Source: Eledone cirrhosa
Lineage: Eukaryota
Assembly (NCBI GenBank): GCA_964016885.1
Contig: OZ024746.1
Location: 47,740,001 to 47,804,000, forward strand
Direction: 5' to 3'
DNA length: 64,000 bases
Shown: piece by piece, positions 42,242 to 55,393 of the stretch
Numbering within the stretch: position 1 is the stretch's first letter
How the letters are laid out: every line of letters begins with the position of its first letter
The notes under the pieces: model-generated
Told to the model about the DNA's origin: nothing
Seen by the model: only the letters and a program-made list of their open reading frames with translations
Database searches by the model: none
Position numbers and translations under genes: made by a program

Positions 42242-44683
42242 CACATATATAATTCAGTGTGAATAGAAACCACCGTCCCCTTATCTGGTGTCTCCATATT
42301 TCACCAACACGTCTCCACGTGTATTTTGTGAAAAAATACTCAACGTAACGTCTTCCTTCTTGGTCAGAGAAAGAACGGAAATAATAGTAAACCAACGGCA
42401 AAAACATCAGTTAAAAAATAATATCAGACAGTACTGCCAGATAACGCTAATTTCTCTCAATTCTCACCCTAGCTTCTTACAAATCTTACTTTATATCTAT
42501 ATGCAATCTACATGTAAAAGTGTCGCCGAGGATTGAAACATTTTACTAGGTTCTGTCTCTTCTAATCAAATTTATAAGAATGGTAATAGTAAACCAACGG
42601 CAAAAACATTAGTTAAAAAATAATATCAACGACTCCCTAAAACATAATGATACGGAAAACAAGAATAATTGAGGAGAAATATGAGGAGAGGGAAAATATG
42701 TTGATTTACTTTAAAAAGAAACAATAAGAAAATGAAATAAAGCACAAGAGAATTATGGAAAATATTCAAATGGTTGTTGTTCGACGAAGCGTTATCTGGC
42801 AGTACTGTCTGAAAGCAAAGATCGTTCAAGTATGTACAAAGATTTCAAATGCTGGAAAAACAAATTTAATGCTATGCACTTGAAGCAATGGAGTTTCCAA
42901 ATGACCGTTGAGATAAGGTATCGCAATACATCTGGATATCGTATCATAAGGTTATAAGCATCTTTGATATTTTTAATTTGTGTGAGTCAGCAACTAAATA
43001 TTCGACTACTGTCTGAAAGCAAAGATCGTTCAAGTATGTATATGTATGAATCTATGTATGTATGCATGTTTGAATGTATGTATGCATGAAACGTAAGAAC
43101 AATTAATGCAAATCAGTAATCGTAGCAATTCGTTCCCAAGGCTGTGCTGAGTGGTTACATATCATTGTGAAATACTTGCTTCAACAAAAACACCTTCACT
43201 TCTAATATTAAAATAGGGTTAGTAACTACTTCATTAGCTATTATAGTTCTACATCCGCCTAAAACGAAAAGATGATCATGATTGGAGAAGCAATTTGTTC
43301 ACATTGAAGAGTTTTTATATTTGGAATTAATTGATGTGAAGAAATTTGAAATTATTTTCCCATACATTCCCTATGAAACTTACAAAAACCTTAAATTCAT
43401 AGCGAAAGGTCTTCAAAATGTTTTTAAATAAACATACAGTACATTATTGAATATGCAGCGAATTAGCAAAGTTGTTAAGACGACGGATAGAATGCTTTAC
43501 GGTAATCGTCCCACCAACTAAAAAGTTAAACCCCGCCGAGGTCAACTTTGCCTTTCATCCGTTCGAGGTCGATTAAAAAAGTACCAGTCCCTACTGGGGT
43601 CGATTCTTCCTCTGTAGAAAAAATCGGCTGTGTTCAGACCTGGAGAGGGTTGGGCTCTTCCATGTTTAAAAGTGCCCTAGACACGCCGTATGACGGTGTC
43701 TGTACGACTCCATAAAGAGTTATATGATTTTTATCGTTTTTTATCCTTTTTATATTATTAAATATACAATACGTACATTCATATATATATATATATGTAT
43801 ATATAGGGGCGGTGGAAATGGTGTGTCTGGGGGGGGGGGGGGCATGGCCCCACCCCAATCATTTTATTTTTCTCCCCAAGCTACCAAAACACACATCTAT
43901 TTGTATATACGTTACAATTTATGTACGTTATGTAGACGGATGGGAGAGATAGATATAGATATAGAGAGGGGAAGAGTTTAGTGTTAATTGATATAGAGAG
44001 GGAGAGAGTTTAATGTTAATTGTATATAGAGAAGGAGATTGGGATAGAATGTTGAAATGGTTGATGTAGAGAGGGAGAGAGTTTGGTTTTAGTAAATACA
44101 GGGAGGGAGTTTAAAAGAGAGTTTTGTGTGATAGACATAGAGAGGAGAGTTTGGTGGCACTTTCGGGTCCCAAATAATAGGAAGGGTGGCAATAATGGGG
44201 GGGAAGGTGCTTGGAAAATCAGTAATCATATAGTGTATGTTCATAAATATGGGATTTCTTGTAATGTTCTTCTTTTGTCATATATAATGTTTTTTTGATG
44301 TAAAATAAAATTAGTGTTCAGTTCTCCAACTGCTGTATCAATATAAATCACTCACAATAACATTTCGCTGGAGGTAGATTAGCAAAATTTAATAAGCGGG
44401 TGTGGATGGTGGTAGAATAAAAACAGGGGGGTGGGGGTGGAAAAAATCTGACAAATTAATAAGTGGGGGTTGGGGATGATTATTCGTGCGTGTATTGTTG
44501 ACGGGCGTAAGAATGAAAGCTCAATACCGAAGTAGAGTTTAAATATTCATTTATCATGCTAAACCTTGTTACTTTGGAGTCTTACCTACATACTTACAGG
44601 ATCAACAGACAAGACCGGGGATCTTGTGAGTGCACAGGTGAGAATTTAGAGTAACACAGTTCACCAATAGCCATAATAAATGA

Positions 44684-44738
<55 letters not shown>

Positions 44739-44847
44739 AGATGAATAAATTGGGTATAATACCAGTTTCTTACCAAATGTGAAGTTCAATATATTAACCC
44801 CTATGAAAGGGTACAGAGCAAAATAAAAAAATGAAATTATATATATA

Positions 44848-45128
44848 CAGTGGTGGTGAAACTGGGTGGGGAGGAGGGGGGGGGGGCATGTCCCCCCCTC
44901 CAATAATTATATTTTCTCCCCAAGCTACCAAAACACACATCTATTTGGATATGTGCTACGATTTATGTACAGAAATGGTCAGAAAACTTCGATATACGAT
45001 AAACATAACATATGTTTATCATAAATCGAAGTTTTCTGACCATTTTAGAGTGCAAAGAGCTAAACTAATCACTACAACTAAATTGTCCAAATTTGGCACC
45101 CCGAATTCAGCAATGCTTCCACCGCTCC
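44848..45128. mobile_element. hAT-like MITE (partial second copy 43805-43930)
   Basis: Ends CAGTGGTGGTGAAA / TTCCACCGCTCC; both copies share TTTTCTCCCCAAGCTACCAAAACACACATCTATTTG. Confidence 0.55.
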
Positions 45129-46185
45129 CACAAATGAAGAATGGCGTGCTGCGTTGTTGCGAACATGAACATATGAATAAAAATAGACAAGGGGTAAAAT
45201 GTCCTCTTCAGTAGTCTGCTGATTATCGTTGGTATTTCAACGCATTAAAGACTAGATACCTAAAATCAGTGCGAGCGATAACTAAATTAAGTTATCGGGA
45301 CAGTGGGAAAACAGAGGGAAGGAAGCAAACACGTGGTGGTATGCAACGTACGTAAAGAGAGGAAAATAGAGACAAGTCAAAGAATCCTGTGGGCTCAAGC
45401 CCGACAAATCAAATTGACGAGGAGAAATAGACACGTCCGAGCCGCGAGAAGATTGAATGTATATATATATATATTAATTGCCACAGTATAAATTTCTCAG
45501 TTAATGAACTTTTAATTGAAAGCTTTCCGCATGTTTGTCTATTTTCCTAGTTGAGTTAGAAAAAATAAATACAGCCTGGAAATTACAGCACTTCGACAAG
45601 TGACCGTCTTCGCTTTATATTTACTAAATATAAGAACTTAGAACAACAGTAACATCCTACAAGCATTTGTTATGATAGTACAATCCTTTGAAGACTAATA
45701 AATAATAGTGGTCATAGGTTTGCAAACAGAACGGCACTAATAATATCCGGTTTTCAGTTAGTTATAAATATAGTTTCCAACTTTTTCTTTTAACATGGCC
45801 AGAATTAAAATTGAAAGGATGTGAAATCTATTTAACATGTAAAGTGCAAATGTAATAATATATTTATTTATGTTAACTTTTCAAAGTAAACCACCTTGAG
45901 TATAAAATAGAAACTAATTTTGTTTTCCGTTTGTTCCATTTTTTTGTTTGTTTGCTGCTACTACAAACAGACAGAAAGAAAAGCGAGTCTTTCAATGAAT
46001 CTATATTGTTTGTGTACAACTGTGGTTAACTGTTTGCTTTTACAAGGCGATAGCAAACGGTAGGTTGTACTTTGGTATTTGGAAGTATTTGAAATTGCTT
46101 AACATAGATTATTGTTCTATTTTTCCTTTTTCTGTTCTACAAACGTCATGTTGATATATATATATATACTTACAAGCTGAATTTA

Positions 46186-46225
<40 letters not shown>

Positions 46226-46534
46226 CAAATTTAGAGGGGAACAAAACAGAGAGACAGACAAATAAAGGTTTATATATATATATTATATGTACTGATTAAA
46301 GTTTAAGCTTTCTTCGGATTTTAGTCTTCACATTTATTATTACTATATATAAATAAACATATAGATAAGTGTATATATATATACGTATATTGGTGCTAAA
46401 GAAAGTATACGGAATATTACTTTGAAGCTGAACTGCCATTTGTCAGTTGCTTTTTCCCTCTCCTTTCATTGGGAAGAGTAAAGTAATATACAAAACTATC
46501 ATTTTCTTTTTGCTTCAATATAATACATACTTAG

Positions 46535-47340
46535 CTGCGGCAGAATGGCAGAAACGTTTGAACGTTGGATAGACTGCTTTGCGCTATACTTTCTAACTCT
46601 CTGCATTCTCTGAGTTCAAATCCCCCTGAGGCATATTTTGCTTTTCTTCTTTTTGAGGTCGATAAAATAAATACCAGTCCAGTACCAGGGTCGCTGTTTT
46701 CTGTATATCTCTTTTTCACTTCCTCTGTCCTAATCTCTCGCTACTTCTCTGGGATAAATCGGCTGTTTCGATATGAAGAGGGTATGTCTCCTCCTCATGA
46801 CTCCAATTGCTGGCTTTGTTTAAATCAGAATCCATTATTATCATTTGTTGTTTATTTTGAAATACAATGTTCAAAATATAACCATTTATATATAATGATT
46901 TCTGATTTAGGCACAAGACCAACAATTTGAGGGGGGAGGGGAGGTCGATTAAATCGACCCCAGTGCATTACTGGTGCTTTATTTTATCGACCCCGTAAGA
47001 GATGAAAGGCAAAGCGAACCTCGGCAGGATTTGAACTCAGAACGTAAAGGGCCATAACTCTCTGCCACGAAGCATGGTATCCGACACTCTACTGATTCTG
47101 CCAAACCACCATTTATATATAAATGATTTCTAGTATAGGCACAAGGCCAGTAATTTGGGGGGAGGCGAAAGTCGATTAAATCGACCCCCAGTGCATTACT
47201 GGCATTTTATTTTATGGACCCCGTAAGGATGAAAGGCAAAGCTAACTTCGGCGGGGTTTGAACTCAGAACGTAAAGGGCCGTAACTCTATGTTGCGAAGC
47301 ATGGTGTCTGACGCTCTACCGATTCTGCCAATCCACCATT
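46535..47340. mobile_element. Three SINEs: 46535-46835 (+) facing 46893-47110 and 47122-47340 (-)
   Basis: Consensus motifs on opposite strands. Confidence 0.85.
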
Positions 47341-47979
47341 TATATATAATGAAACTCAAAATATATATTGTCAGTCACAATTTGTCGAGGAACTTGTTTT
47401 AGTCAGAATTTAATGACTTTATATATTTGTGTTATTACTGTGACGGGCATGCCCGAAGGGTTACGAAGTTCGCTGCATAGCCATGAAGTCTCGGATTTGA
47501 TCTGACTGCGTGGCATCGTTGTTTAGTGTCGTTTATAATAGCTTCAGGTCGGCCCAAGTCCTAGGAATAATATTTGGTAGACGGAAACTTATCGAATGGG
47601 CAGCGCTTGTAATTCAAACAGTCATCTATGTCAGACATTGTGTCACACTGACATTGTCTAAAAATTACGTTGTGTCTCCATGGGTAATTGTTGGTCTTAA
47701 TTACGAACCTTGCTTGGCCTGCCCGCTTGAGAGGATACTTTAGCGTTGCCTCAACGCCATGGTAATACGGAAAACAGCAGTCATAAATTAACAAATAGTT
47801 ATAAACCTTGTGAGCCGCTACAGCCATTAACAATACCGAAGTAAGATCTACATGCAATTACATGGGCACGTAAGTCTACCGGATGTTACATATGCACTCT
47901 CCCAGCACATGGCTCATGGGTGTTTTAGTTGTAAACATTCGGACCAAATTTTGTGGCAGAGAAATTGTCCTGTCTCTAC

Positions 47980-48644
47980 TCATCATCATCATCACTCGTC
48001 GACTACTGTCGAGATGATGGATCTCACTCTCATGCCCCAGAATCCCCTGTCCCCCATCGCTGCCCCCAGGTCCTGTCTGCTGATTCCCGTATCCCTAGAG
48101 ATAACGTCAGGGAATGACAGCTTCCTACTCCTAGTCAGGCTGGAGTCAGGGTTCCAGAGCAAGAGAGCGGATATGATTTCATTGCTGGCACGGTGACAGT
48201 GGCCAGCAAATTGAGCTCTCCGGGATTTTAGAAGGGCAGAGGCTCGAGGGAGTTTGCCATAGATTTCTCAATCCTCGCTGGAATTTTACAGGGCGATACC
48301 CTTGCTCCGTATCTATTTATCATTGTTGTGGATTATGTTTTGCGTATGTCTGTGGATAGGATTCAGGATAGGGGATACCAACTACAGCCTAGGAGAAGCT
48401 CACGCTACCCAGCAAAATACTTGACCGACACCGACTTTGTTGACGACATCGCATTGATCAGTCGGTCACTGGAAAATGCTGAGAGTCTTTTGAAGTCATT
48501 AGAGCAAGCGTCCAACTGTGTTGGACTGTACCTCAACGAATCCAAGACTGAGTGTGTGAACAGATGCGCAAACAGCCTAAACTACCCCATCAGAACCCTT
48601 AATGGTACCACCCTTAAGCAGGTGGAAGATTACAAGTATCTTGG

Positions 48645-48645
<1 letters not shown>
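47980..48645. mobile_element. RTE-superclade LINE, 5'-inverted insertion
   Basis: + strand 48270-48645: GILQGDTLAPYLF..DFVDDIAL..GLYLNESKT..YKYLG. - strand 47995-48268: EIYGKLP..RRAQFAGHCHR..LLLW..DRGFW* followed by a (TGA)n tail. Confidence 0.85.
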
Positions 48646-48694
<49 letters not shown>

Positions 48695-48721
48695 GCTGCT
48701 GCTGCTGTTGCTTTTGCTGCT

Positions 48722-48722
<1 letters not shown>

Positions 48723-48778
<56 letters not shown>

Positions 48779-49255
48779 CTTTATCCAGGAACGCTGTTGG
48801 GTTGTGACCTTTATAAGTTGATTTATATCCATCTATCTCTTTCCAAAGCATCCTCCTGTGTCAATCCCTTTCTTTACAGATTTTCTTTTATATCAACATT
48901 CGAATGTTTTGGAGCTTTGCAACATGTCTTCAGTCATTTATCTCCATTTTCCATGCTTGCTTGATAGGGTTGTTTTCACTCATCCCGGTAACGCACCCAA
49001 ACCACCTTAATCACGCCACTCGAATCCTCTCGATTATAGGGTTTACATTCATTTCTTTTCTGATATCTTCACCTCTAGTATGATCCAACAAGTAAACTTA
49101 TTTTATTCTCCGAATTATTCTCTTCCACAATGTTTTCATCCTTTGTCCTTAAACTCCATGTTTCGGATCTGTTGGTTAGAACTGGTCGTATAATACTTTG
49201 AGTTTCTTTGACATTCTTTTGTCATAAATAATCCCACTCGTTTCTTTCCATTTCA
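48723..49255 (-). mobile_element. Decayed RTE (BovB-like) 3' fragment with (GAT)n tail
   Basis: - strand LDHTRGEDIRKEMNV..IERIRVA*LRWFGCV resembles the RTE C-terminus. Confidence 0.65.
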
Positions 49256-49359
49256 AAGAGTTCTCACAACAACAACAACAATAAGGCCAGTAATCTCAGT
49301 GCATTACTGGTACTTTATTTCTAATTTGAACACATGATTACATATTTGGAGAAAGATTA

Positions 49360-49885
49360 AATTGGCTGACTGTTAACGAGAAAAAGCCTGTAATGGTGCA
49401 TGTGGTGGCGCTTACGCAATAGATATTTGGGAGTAAAACTGTACGCAAAATTGCAGATTACTCTGATGTACCAAAGGCAAAAGTGCATTCTAACAGTTTC
49501 TTGTCTTCTTGCCACCATTTTAAATTCACATAATCGGAATACAGTCATGTTAGTCTCATCAATGTCACCCACCTTTTGTAAAGCATACTTGAAAGTTGTG
49601 CTTCCTACTCTATCCGTGTACTTAAAGAAATTGATGAGGGCTTCACAGATATGGAAATTAAATACCATCCCATTGTCTCCACTACGCAATCTCCTTCACC
49701 ATGAGTAGCAAAGGGAGAGGAATTAGTCGCGTTTCCTCCTCTCTAAGCAATGTCGGGGTGTTGATTTTCACGATGGACTCGATTGATAACTATCGTATAT
49801 GTCGGCGTACAAGTCGATCCCTAAAATTCTGAGGTGTAATTCAGGTTTAGGCGTATATTCGCCGCATAAGATGACCCCCTAAAAC
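49360..49885. mobile_element. Possible pogo/Tigger relic
   Basis: - strand FFKY..KYALQKVGDIDETNMT resembles the pogo IGNMDETPM motif; CGTATATTCGCCGCATAAGATGACCCC resembles a pogo TIR. Confidence 0.35.
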
Positions 49886-50475
49886 TTCAGTGGCGCGCTA
49901 AAGGCTAATACACTTCTAAAACACTTCAGTAACAAGTGAGTTCTAACTCACTGAGTAAACTAGCCTAGCCTAACATTAACGAACCTATGGTAACCTACCT
50001 TATGAACTACGGCAAGTCATTAATAGTATTATAATCTCTACGTTAAATAGACTTAACAAATATGAGATTCAGAAAGAAATAATTGTGGTGGGCTGCTAGA
50101 ATTATGGTATGTGGTGTACAATGAGTGTTAGGCAGGCAGTTTCACTGTTTACCCCTCAGTGGTAAAGGTTCACATTTTATATTCAGCGGACAAGTCGACC
50201 CCTGGTTTTGAAGATTTTTAGGCTCCAAATGTCGACTTGTACGCCGCCGGCATATATGGTAGATACATTCTAGATACGATGGTAATGGTTCGACGCAAGC
50301 CCACACAAGCTGGCAATGCACGGACACTCAACAAGTGTTTGCAGGACGGTTTCGTCGCCATAATAATAATGATAATAATAATAGTAATAACAAGCGAAAT
50401 AATGCAATTAAAAATCGATCAGTAGCAATTTCCGACTGAAAGGAAGATTAAACAAACTCATCAAAACGTATGTAT

Positions 50476-50532
<57 letters not shown>

Positions 50533-50710
50533 AATGTATATATATATATATATATATATAAGTATATATACATATATATACGTATATATAAGTATATATA
50601 TATATATATACTTATATATACGTATATATATATATATATACTTATATATACGTATATATATATACTTATATATACGTATATATATATACTTATATATACG
50701 TATATATATA

Positions 50711-50747
<37 letters not shown>

Positions 50748-50816
50748 TTATATATACGTATATATATATACTTATATATACGTATATATATATACTTATA
50801 TATACGTATATATATA

Positions 50817-50883
<67 letters not shown>

Positions 50884-51254
50884 ATATTAACACATTGATA
50901 TATAATTGTAGAGTCTAGAGAAACTGTATATTTCAAAAGAGATCCAATCAAATTTTCACTTGAAACAAATCTCGGATATACAATATCACGGACGTGTTTT
51001 GAATTTTACACGTACCAAATTAGATAACGAAATGATAAAATGTAGCAGTAGTAGTAGCAGTGGTAGCAACAGCAGTAGTAGGAGTAGTTGTCGAAGCAGT
51101 AGTAGTTACAGTAGAAGCTATGGTAGTAATGGTGATTGTTTTAAATTATACGATATACTATTTATTTTCATTTCTTTTAGTTATTAAAATAGTAAAGTTC
51201 GTTTTTCTTGCCGTCATTCATCTTCTATAAACAATTATTATTATCATTACTATT

Positions 51255-51660
51255 AGGGCGGTAGAGGGTCGGACGCCATGCTGTGCAGCATAGTTACGTC
51301 CCTTTACGGTCTGCGTTCAAATCCCGTCGACGTTAACTTTGCTTTTCATCCTTACGGGGTCGATAAAATAAAGTACCAGTAATGAACTGGTAATTGCTGG
51401 CCTTGTGCCAAAAGTAGAAACAATTATTATTACTATTAGGGAGGTGGATTGGCAATTTCGGTAGAGCGTCGGTCAACATACTTTGCAGCATATAGTTACG
51501 TCCCTTTACGTTCTGTGTTCATATCACGCTGGGGATAGCTATGCCTTTCAACATTACGGAGTCGATAAAATAAAGTACCAGTCACGCACTGGGGTCGATT
51601 TAATCGACTTTCCCCTCCCCCAAATTGCTGGCCTTGTGCCTATATAAGAAACCACTATTA
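51255..51660 (+). mobile_element. Two tandem SINEs
   Basis: Consensus motifs. Confidence 0.85.
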
Positions 51661-51846
51661 TAATATAAAGAAAGTATCGTTACTGTTATTTTAATAATTG
51701 TTGTTTGTGTTGTTAGTGTTGTAGCTGTTATAAATAGGTGTTTTATATACATTAGGTCACCCACACTACATATCCATGTGAATATCAATTAATTATATAA
51801 CATTCAACTTATTTTTTGTTATATATATATATATACATACACACGC

Positions 51847-51878
<32 letters not shown>

Positions 51879-52318
51879 GAATAAAGACAATTGAAGATGA
51901 AATACATTCTGAGGATATTTCAATATTTACTATTTTATCGAACAGCGGAAGTTTGTTCAATCGTAGTCCGTGAACAAATATAATGAAAAATACAAAAACA
52001 CTAACAGCTAAAAACTAGTGCTTCTACCAACCGTATGACGCTACTAATATTACGACTTACCAATTATGGTAGGTAGTAAGACAATAACGGTGACACAGAA
52101 AATCCTCATCATCACCAATAACACGGCAAGTATCACTGAGATCAGTTTGACAATCCCCACTGACGAATGCGAGAAAGTTCTCCAGGAAAGTTAACCAGGA
52201 ATCTTTAAAAAAATCTCCCCACCGAAGTTACTAGATCTACAAAACCAAATTGTAGAATTATAATATTATAAAATTAAATTGCTTAGAACTACAAGTGAAG
52301 TCATTCTTTTCCTTTTTT

Positions 52319-52355
<37 letters not shown>

Positions 52356-52365
<10 letters not shown>

Positions 52366-52695
52366 AGAACAAAAGATGGTTAAAAGAGTTCCATGTATTT
52401 TATTATGCGCATTTCAAAAACAAATATCATCATGCAATAATATTTGTGTTTTCATCAGATAAAACAGGAAGACATGATATGAAGGTTAAAAAACACTTGT
52501 GGATAGTTCAGTTTTAAATCAACATATGTTGATTTAAAACTGAACTATCCACAAGTGTTTTTTAACCTTCATATCATGTCTTCCTGTTTTATCTGATGAA
52601 AACACAAATATTATTGCATGATGATATTTGTTTTTGAAATGCGCATAATAAAATACATGGAACTCTTTTAACCATCTTTTGTTCTTATATATTAT
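52356..52695. repeat. Perfect 340-nt palindrome carrying a hammerhead on each strand
   Basis: Centre AACAT|ATGTT at 52525/52526, no spacer. Confidence 0.9.
52587..52653 (+). ncRNA. Type I hammerhead motif (mirror copy at 52398-52464, - strand)
   Basis: TTTTAT-CTGATGA-AAACACAAATAT...ATATTTGTTTTT-GAAA-TGCGCA-TA-ATAAAA. Confidence 0.75.
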
Positions 52696-52781
52696 GTATA
52701 CTCCAGTCCTACAAACTGTAGAGTGCATCTTATCCGATATCTGCATTGCTTTATTGTACTACAATAAAACTCACCTCCTAC

Positions 52782-52853
<72 letters not shown>

Positions 52854-52894
52854 TTCAAAATATTAATAAATGTAGACATTCACTTAATAAAAAA

Positions 52895-52964
52895 TATATT
52901 TTATTATATATATTTCGGAGGTACTGTGTTGTTTTTTCAGTACGTCCTCATCAGATAAAATACA
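52895..52964 (-). ncRNA. Canonical type I hammerhead ribozyme
   Basis: TGTATTTTAT-CTGATGA-GGACGTACTG aaaaaacaaca CAGTACCTCC-GAAA-TATATA-TA-ATAAAATATA: 10-bp stem I, 9/10-bp stem II, palindromic stem III. Confidence 0.85.
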
Positions 52965-53041
52965 TAAATTGATGTATGACATACCTCAACTGTTTAACTT
53001 TTGGTTATATATATATATATACACACATTATTACTGGAATT

Positions 53042-53265
53042 CTATAAGAATCCAGCTTCTATAAATCTCAGCAAAGGCAACTGAGCGTGTGGTCTTGATA
53101 AATGCTCACAAGCGAGAAACAGACTGACTGTCGGCCACTCTCTGTTGTTTTTGCCAAGAATATGTAAGTGACATAGTCACTACTTTAAAACTCATAGCGA
53201 ATGGTCTTCTAAATGTTTTTAATTAAACATACAGTATATTGCCAAATATACTATACATACATTCA

Positions 53266-53296
<31 letters not shown>

Positions 53297-53339
53297 TAAA
53301 TTAAACATACAGTATATTGCCAAATATACTATACATACA

Positions 53340-53411
<72 letters not shown>

Positions 53412-53626
53412 TGTATGTATATTTGGCAATATACTGTATGTTTAATTAAAAACATTTAGAAGACCATTCGCTATGAGTTTTAAAGTAGTGACTATGTCAC
53501 TTACATATTCTTGGCAAAAACAACAGAGAGTGGCCGACAGTCAGTCTGTTTCTCGCTTGTGAGCATTTATCAAGACCACACGCTCAGTTGCCTTTGCTGA
53601 GATTTATAGAAGCTGAATTCTTATAG
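53042..53626. repeat. Inverted repeat (~210-nt arms around (TA)n) with a hammerhead-like motif in each arm
   Basis: 53042-53251 matches 53417-53626 as reverse complement; short internal direct duplication near 53218/53297. Confidence 0.9.
53089..53138 (+). ncRNA. Hammerhead motif with U3-A8 core (mirror at 53530-53579, - strand)
   Basis: GTGGTC-TTGATAA-A TGCT caca AGCG A-GAAA-CAG actga CTG-TC-GGCCAC. Confidence 0.6.
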
Positions 53627-53628
53627 CT

Positions 53629-53741
<113 letters not shown>

Positions 53742-53826
53742 TAAGTTATTCCGAGTTGAATCGGGGGTCACCACAGTAAGTAAGGTACTCAATACATAGC
53801 AGAGTATAACATTTTTAATATAGAAG

Positions 53827-53932
53827 AGATTCTACACGACTAGAACTGTTTCATTCTTTGGAAATCATCAGGAATCTGGCCAGATTCCTGATGATTTCTA
53901 AAGAATGAAACAGTTCTAGTCCTGTACAATCT
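53827..53932. ncRNA. Back-to-back hammerhead motifs (53827-53877 on -, 53882-53932 on +) in an imperfect palindrome 53813-53946
   Basis: AGATTC-CTGATGA-TTTC NAAA GAAT-GAAA-CAG ttctagtc (C/G)TG-TA-(G/C)AATCT on both strands. Confidence 0.65.
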
Positions 53933-54380
53933 CATCTATATTAAAACTTATATATATATGGGTTTGTATATATTAATCTACAAGTCAGAAGTTGCGTATA
54001 CATGTAGTTAACGTATTTACTATGGGCAATTTGTTGGTATATTATTTCCTATGCTGGGCTTCATTGAATTGCTTTTACGATGACCTTAGTTGTAATTCAA
54101 TTCCTTATTACATATCGCGTTGATCTCTTTCTTTAGATGAACTACAGACGAACAATCACATATGACTCCGTGGAGCAGTGTTTCAATGTTAGTCTTTCTC
54201 TCTATAACTGCTCCCACACATACACATATCCATACATTCATAGTAGACATACTGATCAGTCAGCTAGTCAGGGAGGATGTTTCTCCTTGGTCGTTATTCT
54301 GGCTAGAAATTAATGCCATATTTCTCTCAATTCATTACCTTCCAGTAAAGGCACACAAGATAATTAAGCCATAGATGTGC

Positions 54381-54427
<47 letters not shown>

Positions 54428-54460
54428 GTGTGGGTGTGTGTGTGTGTGTGTATATATATA

Positions 54461-54498
<38 letters not shown>

Positions 54499-54866
54499 CA
54501 CAAATACATATATACATGCATACATATATTTGTATACACACACATGTATATATAAATGTATGTATATATATTCATATGTGTGTGTATAAACATTATATGT
54601 ATGTATATAAGTTTTTTGTATATATATATATATATATGTATGTATTTATGTATGTATATGTATGTATACGTGTGTGTATACATATGTTTATATAAATGAT
54701 TTGGATTAGCGTAGGTTTAAGTTCCTTGATCATAGATCATTTATCGCTTACTTTAACCATTTTTGTTATATACTTCGGTTCAAAAGGAAAGGAATTCTAT
54801 GCATTATATACAATGAAACGAATAACATAACAAGAACAATATAAAGTAAAAGCCATCAGCGTTAGT

Positions 54867-54968
<102 letters not shown>

Positions 54969-55258
54969 CTCTATCTCTATAAAAATAAGATGGACTAAAT
55001 CCTTAAGGGCGATATTTCGCCATGACTGCAATCCAATGACTGCAACCAGCAACAGAATAAAAGAATATAATGTTCACCAACCCAATGCCATCTTTATTTG
55101 GTTACCATTGAAAATAATATATATAACATTCGGATAACTTATGTGACTCTATAGTATCAATGTAATATACTTGGAAATTGTATTGACATTAGAAATACTT
55201 TCAACCCATTTTCTTCACAAACATGCATTATAAACTTACGATATGTTGTATTTTACAG

Positions 55259-55393
55259 GTGCCTTTCTTATTCCATATATCATCATGCTGGTGTTTGGCG
55301 GCTTACCATTATTCTACATGGAACTAGCCTTGGGCCAGTATCAACGTTGTGGTTGCTTTACAGTCTGGAATAGAATATGTCCTATGTTCAAAG
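55259..55393 (+). CDS. SLC6A4: SERT-like exon (TM2), 135 nt
   Basis: Boundaries ttttacAG| ... |GTTAGT. Translates (G)[44 protein letters not shown](G), in phase with the previous exon. It is too short to appear in the ORF track. Confidence 0.95.
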
